Shown one piece after another: positions 59,704 through 64,000 of a stretch of 64,000 nt of DNA; position 1 is the first letter of the stretch, and each line of letters opens with the position of its first letter. The DNA is taken from contig CAWJQI010000004.1 of assembly GCA_963845085.1 (NCBI GenBank), positions 288,001 to 352,000 on the forward strand. The letters are read 5' to 3'. The stretch comes from Candidatus Fermentibacterota bacterium. Its GTDB lineage: Bacteria; Fermentibacterota; Fermentibacteria; Fermentibacterales; JCC-6. The position numbers were made by a program, and so were the translations under genes. The notes below the pieces were generated by a model. It was not told where the DNA came from. It made no database searches and saw nothing but the letters and a program-made list of their open reading frames with translations.

Positions 59704-61686
59704 CTATCGACCGAGTATCTCGAACTCGATGCGGCGGTTCTGAGCCTTGTTTGCTGCGCTGGTGTTGGGGACAGCGGGTCTTTCCTCGCCGGCTCCGGCA
59801 CTGCTGAGGTGGGCGGCGGGAACACCCTTGTTGACAAGGTAGTCGAACACGGACTGAGCCCTGCGCTCGCTGAGGCCCTGGTTGTAGCTGCTGCTGCCGT
59901 CGCTGTCGGTGTGACCGACGATGCGAACCCTGACGCCCTCGTTGGCGAGAAGGGTCTGGGCAACGGTGTCAAGGATCGGGAAGCTCTCGGCCTTGATGTT
60001 GGCGCTGTCGTAATCGAAGTAGATGTTGTTGAAGCTGAGAACCTGGCCCTCGACGAGCTCGGGGCGCATCTGGATGTCCTGGATGACCGTTTCGTCGGCA
60101 ACCACGGTTACGCGGCGGGTGACGGTGACGTAGCCTGCGGCCTCGGACCTGAGCGTCCAGGTGCCTTCGGGAAGCTCAAGGCTGTAGACACCGTTTGCAT
60201 CGCAGACAGTGTTGCCGTTGTAGCCTTCGGGAAGGTCGGGGACACTGATGTTGGCAACAAGGATCTCCTGGGTTTCGCCATCGGTGACGGTACCCGTGAG
60301 CATGCCGTTGCCGGGGACCGGCATCAGTGCGAAGTCGCGGGTGATGCTTTCGCCGGCTGTGATAACGACGGTTTCGTTGGCTGTGGTGTAACCTTCGGCG
60401 GCCACGCGGACAGGTGTTGAGCCTGCGAGAAGCTTCACTGTGTAGAAGCCGTCGGTGGTGTTGATGGGCATGACGGTGGTGGCGGGGAAGCTGACCTCGG
60501 CGGCAAGTACCTCACCGGTCATGGCATCGGTGACGACACCGCTGAGGGTGCCCTGGGTGGGGCTCTCAAGAAGGTCGGAGGAGAACATGAGGTTGACACC
60601 GAAGCCGTAGTCGGCGGGGTAGCCCAGAGGGAACGGAGCCCTGGCGGCGCGTTCTTCCTCGGTGGGGTTCATGCCAGCCTGGTAAAGGTCGTGGCCAAGG
60701 TCGGACCATTCGGGGTCAAACTCGGTCATGCTCATGGAGCCGACGATGTCGAGTGCCATGCCGAAGTTGCTTGTGAAGCGGAAACCGCCGGCAACAATAC
60801 CGGTTTCGTCGTAACGTTCGCCGTCTCCGGCTTCTTCTTCACGGTCGAGGTACAAGCGCCATTCGCCCTCGACGAACGGAGTGACGTACCTGGTTTTGTA
60901 CTCGAGGCCCGCGCCCATTACGAGCACGTTGTCATCGACGTCCATTTCGATCTCTTCAGAGTCGATGACTCCGCCGTTCGCATCGAACTGGCGGTCGGTA
61001 AACTCGAACTTCTGGCTGTAGATGTGGTATCCGGCATTGGCATGGATGCCAAGACCGAAATTGGCGTTGTAGCTGAGAAGTGCGTTTGCGCCGTAATACA
61101 TCTCGGCTTCAGGGATCATTGCGCGGCGCATCTCGAACATGGGCTCTTCGAAATTCCAGATGCCGTCGAAGCCGTCGTAGGCCTGGACGTACGGGCTGTC
61201 GCCGCCGCTGTAGACCTTGAAGCCGACCAGCGGCATGAGGCCGATCCAGAACTGGCCGTCGTTCGTGGGGTTGAAGCCGGCCTTGAGGCTTGCGACAACG
61301 TTGGTCACGCCGTCGTCCTCTTCCCACTCACCTGTGTTGGCGGCACGGATCTCGCTGTCGAGGTCGCGCTGAAGGCCGTTGTAGACGTAGCCCACACGGC
61401 CGGCGATCTCGATCATGTCGTTGATGCCGTACGCCATGGTGAAGTAACCCGTGACATCCTGCTCCATGTCTTCGGCTTCGAACGTTGTGTCAGCAAAGAC
61501 AACGGTTCTTTCATCATTGGAGATACCGTTGTGCAGGAATATTCCCATCGCGAACTGGTTGATGCCTATCGGCTGGGCATCGACCACCCTGTTGAGGCCG
61601 CGAAGACCCCAATAGGACGGAAGCGCGGAAGCGGTTCCGGTAAGGACCAGAATCAACACCGCACACAAAGCTACTGATAATTTCAT
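59704..61686 (-). CDS. OmpA-family protein: N-terminal beta-barrel, two carboxypeptidase-regulatory-like domains, OmpA_C
   Basis: GGAGG RBS, signal peptide; G.V.D..T.E.L.A repeats; IYFDYDSA, GHTDS.G..YN..LS.RRA and NRRIE motifs. Confidence 0.9.
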   Translation of the reverse strand: MKLSVALCAVLILVLTGTASALPSYWGLRGLNRVVDAQPIGINQFAMGIFLHNGISNDERTVVFADTTFEAEDMEQDVTGYFTMAYGINDMIEIAGRVGYVYNGLQRDLDSEIRAANTGEWEEDDGVTNVVASLKAGFNPTNDGQFWIGLMPLVGFKVYSGGDSPYVQAYDGFDGIWNFEEPMFEMRRAMIPEAEMYYGANALLSYNANFGLGIHANAGYHIYSQKFEFTDRQFDANGGVIDSEEIEMDVDDNVLVMGAGLEYKTRYVTPFVEGEWRLYLDREEEAGDGERYDETGIVAGGFRFTSNFGMALDIVGSMSMTEFDPEWSDLGHDLYQAGMNPTEEERAARAPFPLGYPADYGFGVNLMFSSDLLESPTQGTLSGVVTDAMTGEVLAAEVSFPATTVMPINTTDGFYTVKLLAGSTPVRVAAEGYTTANETVVITAGESITRDFALMPVPGNGMLTGTVTDGETQEILVANISVPDLPEGYNGNTVCDANGVYSLELPEGTWTLRSEAAGYVTVTRRVTVVADETVIQDIQMRPELVEGQVLSFNNIYFDYDSANIKAESFPILDTVAQTLLANEGVRVRIVGHTDSDGSSSYNQGLSERRAQSVFDYLVNKGVPAAHLSSAGAGEERPAVPNTSAANKAQNRRIEFEILGR

Positions 61687-61738
61687 TAATCCCTCCTTCT
61701 TATAAAACGCGCGATTGAAAACGCAACTGCGCAAATGG

Positions 61739-61767
61739 ATTATACAACAGAGCCTTATCAAAAGCAA
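61739..61767 (-). promoter_or_regulatory. Putative sigma70 promoter of the OmpA-family gene
   Basis: TTGCTT-N17-TATAAT on the minus strand. Confidence 0.6.
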
Positions 61768-61793
61768 ACAAGCCCCTGTCACAAACCCCCCCT

Positions 61794-62408
61794 CTATCGC
61801 GTGAACTTGTCTCGGATCGCCTTGGGCACGGGCATCTTTCTGTCCCATGCCATTGGTATCCTGCCCTCCTCCATGTGAAGCACTTCCCTGCCCACTTTAT
61901 GGCCGAACTCGAAGGTCTGCAGGTTCAGATCGATGAAGCGCGCCGGGACGGTGCATCTGATGGCGCTTATCCAGGTGTCGATGGAAAAGAACCTGGTGAG
62001 CCCCGCAAGCATGCCGAGGGCCATCAGGTTCGCCGCAATGGCCTTTCCTGTGAGTTCGACGCATCTCGAGGTAAAGGGGAACTCGTACACCCTTCCCTCG
62101 GGAAGCTGGTCCACGAATGTCGAGTCGACAATTATCATGCCGCCCGCTTTTACATTGCAGGCGAACCTGTCGGTGCTGGCCTGGTTCATTGCAAGCAGGA
62201 CGTCGAGCTCACGGCATTCAGGATAGAGTATCTCCCGGCTGGAGATGATCACATCGGTCCGGCTCGCGCCTCCCCGGGCCTCGGGTCCGTAGCTCTGGGT
62301 CTGGCAGACGAACAATCCCTCAATAATTGCGGCCTGTGAGAGTATTCGCCCGGCAAGCCCGAGCCCCTGACCACCAGAGCCGGAAAGCCTTGTCTCGGTG
62401 TACTTCAC
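61794..62408 (-). CDS. korC: 2-oxoacid:ferredoxin oxidoreductase gamma subunit
   Basis: G.GGQG..L.G, QSYGPEARGG.S and N..ALG motifs. Confidence 0.9.
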   Translation of the reverse strand: MKYTETRLSGSGGQGLGLAGRILSQAAIIEGLFVCQTQSYGPEARGGASRTDVIISSREILYPECRELDVLLAMNQASTDRFACNVKAGGMIIVDSTFVDQLPEGRVYEFPFTSRCVELTGKAIAANLMALGMLAGLTRFFSIDTWISAIRCTVPARFIDLNLQTFEFGHKVGREVLHMEEGRIPMAWDRKMPVPKAIRDKFTR

Positions 62409-63250
62409 TCCCCGCTCACCTCCCCCGCGGCCCGTCTGCAAAGCCGCTCGTAACGGGAAGTGTAACCTTCATGATCGTCGCGGTCAACGAACACCCCTCT
62501 CACGGTCTTGCCCTCCCTCTGCTCGGGGGGAAGCTTCTCCGCCTGGGCGATTGTGATCGTGCCGTCCCGGAGGTTCTCCATCATCTTCACGGCGTCGCCG
62601 AGCCGGTTGGCCCTGCCGAAGTTCGTGGGGCAGGGAGCAAGCACTTCCACCACGCTGAAGCCGGGCTTTTCAAGTGCACCGGCTATCATCTTGTCGAGCT
62701 CCATGACGTGGTAGACCGTTCCCCTGGCGACGTAGACCGCGCCGGAACCCTGGGCGAGGGAGCAGATGTCAAAACCGGGCTCCATCATTCCGTACGGAGT
62801 GGTGGCCGTGAGCGACCCGGCCGGCGTGGTGGGGGAGAACTGCCCTCCGGTCATGCCGTAGTTGCTGTTGTTCACGATGATAGTCGTGATCTCGATGTTG
62901 CGCCTTGCGGAGTGGATGAGGTGGTTGCCGCCTATGGCAAGGGCGTCGCCGTCACCCATGACCGCGATGACCTTCAGCGAGGGGTTCGCAAGTTTGGCGC
63001 CGGTTCCGAAAGCGAGGGCCCTGCCGTGGGTGGTGTGCAGTGTGTTGAAATCGAGGTAGACCGGCATCCTGCTGGTGCACCCGATCCCGGAAACCAGAAG
63101 GATGTCGTTCATATCCCACTTCATGGTGTCGACGGCTCTGATGATCGACCCCATGACGATCCCTATCCCGCACCCCGGGCACCATACATGGGGAAACTTC
63201 TTCTTGTACCTGAGATAGATGTATTCGTACGGAAGATGCGCCGCCATCAC
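62405..63250 (-). CDS. korB: 2-oxoacid:ferredoxin oxidoreductase beta subunit
   Basis: WCPGCG, SGIGC, HGRA, GDGD...IGGNH and YGMTGGQ.SPT motifs. Confidence 0.95.
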   Translation of the reverse strand: MMAAHLPYEYIYLRYKKKFPHVWCPGCGIGIVMGSIIRAVDTMKWDMNDILLVSGIGCTSRMPVYLDFNTLHTTHGRALAFGTGAKLANPSLKVIAVMGDGDALAIGGNHLIHSARRNIEITTIIVNNSNYGMTGGQFSPTTPAGSLTATTPYGMMEPGFDICSLAQGSGAVYVARGTVYHVMELDKMIAGALEKPGFSVVEVLAPCPTNFGRANRLGDAVKMMENLRDGTITIAQAEKLPPEQREGKTVRGVFVDRDDHEGYTSRYERLCRRAAGEVSGE

Positions 63251-64000
63251 GACACCTCCATGACCTTCGAGACGATCTGCTCGGGGGTGATCCCGTACCC
63301 GTCGTACCGCTGAAGCGGAACGACCCTGACGCTGTCGGAGGTGAGCCTTTCGACTTCGTGTATGAGCTGTCCCTGGTTGAGCTCACAGACCACGATCACG
63401 TCCTTGTTGTCAAGCTTCTCCTTCACGGTCCTGTCCGGGAAGGGCCAGATGGTGACGGGTCTGAACACACCGACCTTCTTCTTCTTGCGGGAGAGTATCT
63501 CCCTTGCGGCAAGCGCACTGCGGTAGACCGAACCGTACGCGAAGATCACGACCCTGCTGTCGTCGACGCCTATGGATTCGTTCTGCTCAAGATCGTCGAG
63601 CCTTCTTGTTATCTTCTGCTTGAGGCGGTTCATTTTGGGGACGACCTCATCGACCCGCCTTGTGGGGAACCCGTGGACGTCGTGGGTCAGCCCCGTCACA
63701 TGAAACCTGTAACCCTTACCGAACCTTGCCATCGGGCTGACACCCGAGGCTGTCTGGTGATAGTGCTCGTACCACTCGACGGGCACGTTGGGTTCAGAGA
63801 GGGGAACGACCTCGACCTCATCCTTCTTCGGGAATGTGAACCTTTCCCTCATGTGACCGATGATCTCATCCGGCAGAAGAATCACTGGGGTGCGGAAACT
63901 CTCCGCAAGGTTGAACGCCCGGATGGTGAGGCCGAAGCACTCGGCAATGGAGGATGGCGCAAGGGCGATCACGGGATGGTCGCCATGCGTGCCCCATCGG
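63247..64000 (-). CDS. korA: 2-oxoacid:ferredoxin oxidoreductase alpha subunit (5' part outside the window)
   Basis: RWGTHGDHP, AFNLAE..RTPV, TGL.HD..G, YGS, WPFP and E.N.GQ motifs; open to the window end. Confidence 0.93.
   Translation of the reverse strand, partial: RWGTHGDHPVIALAPSSIAECFGLTIRAFNLAESFRTPVILLPDEIIGHMRERFTFPKKDEVEVVPLSEPNVPVEWYEHYHQTASGVSPMARFGKGYRFHVTGLTHDVHGFPTRRVDEVVPKMNRLKQKITRRLDDLEQNESIGVDDSRVVIFAYGSVYRSALAAREILSRKKKKVGVFRPVTIWPFPDRTVKEKLDNKDVIVVCELNQGQLIHEVERLTSDSVRVVPLQRYDGYGITPEQIVSKVMEVS

Overview
GC-rich bacterial chromosomal window, almost fully coding and mostly on the minus strand, from an anaerobic diderm: it carries a lipid A acyltransferase, TolC, porins, OmpA, korABC, PPDK and PEPCK. 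Gingipain/PorU-like C25 peptidases, T9SS/FlgD-type C-terminal sorting domains and 6-bladed propeller lipoproteins suggest an FCB-superphylum candidate lineage such as Ca. Fermentibacterota (inference only). I saw no rRNA, tRNA, CRISPR array, prophage or intact IS. Most notable items: (1) an operon with two divergent PorU-like C25 peptidases flanking a CobB sirtuin and ending in a TPR protein with an archaeal/eukaryotic TFIIB-type cyclin/HTH repeat; it is divergent from a LolC/E + transglutaminase-like + twin-retropepsin lipoprotein operon, and together they may form a surface-protein maturation system; (2) a DUF6504-dinB-DUF72 cassette with a GTRAAC-N4-GTTYAC palindrome in the spacer of a TTGACA promoter (candidate LexA box); (3) a degenerate ~70-bp dispersed intergenic repeat; (4) six frameshifts in four envelope genes, most likely long-read indel errors.
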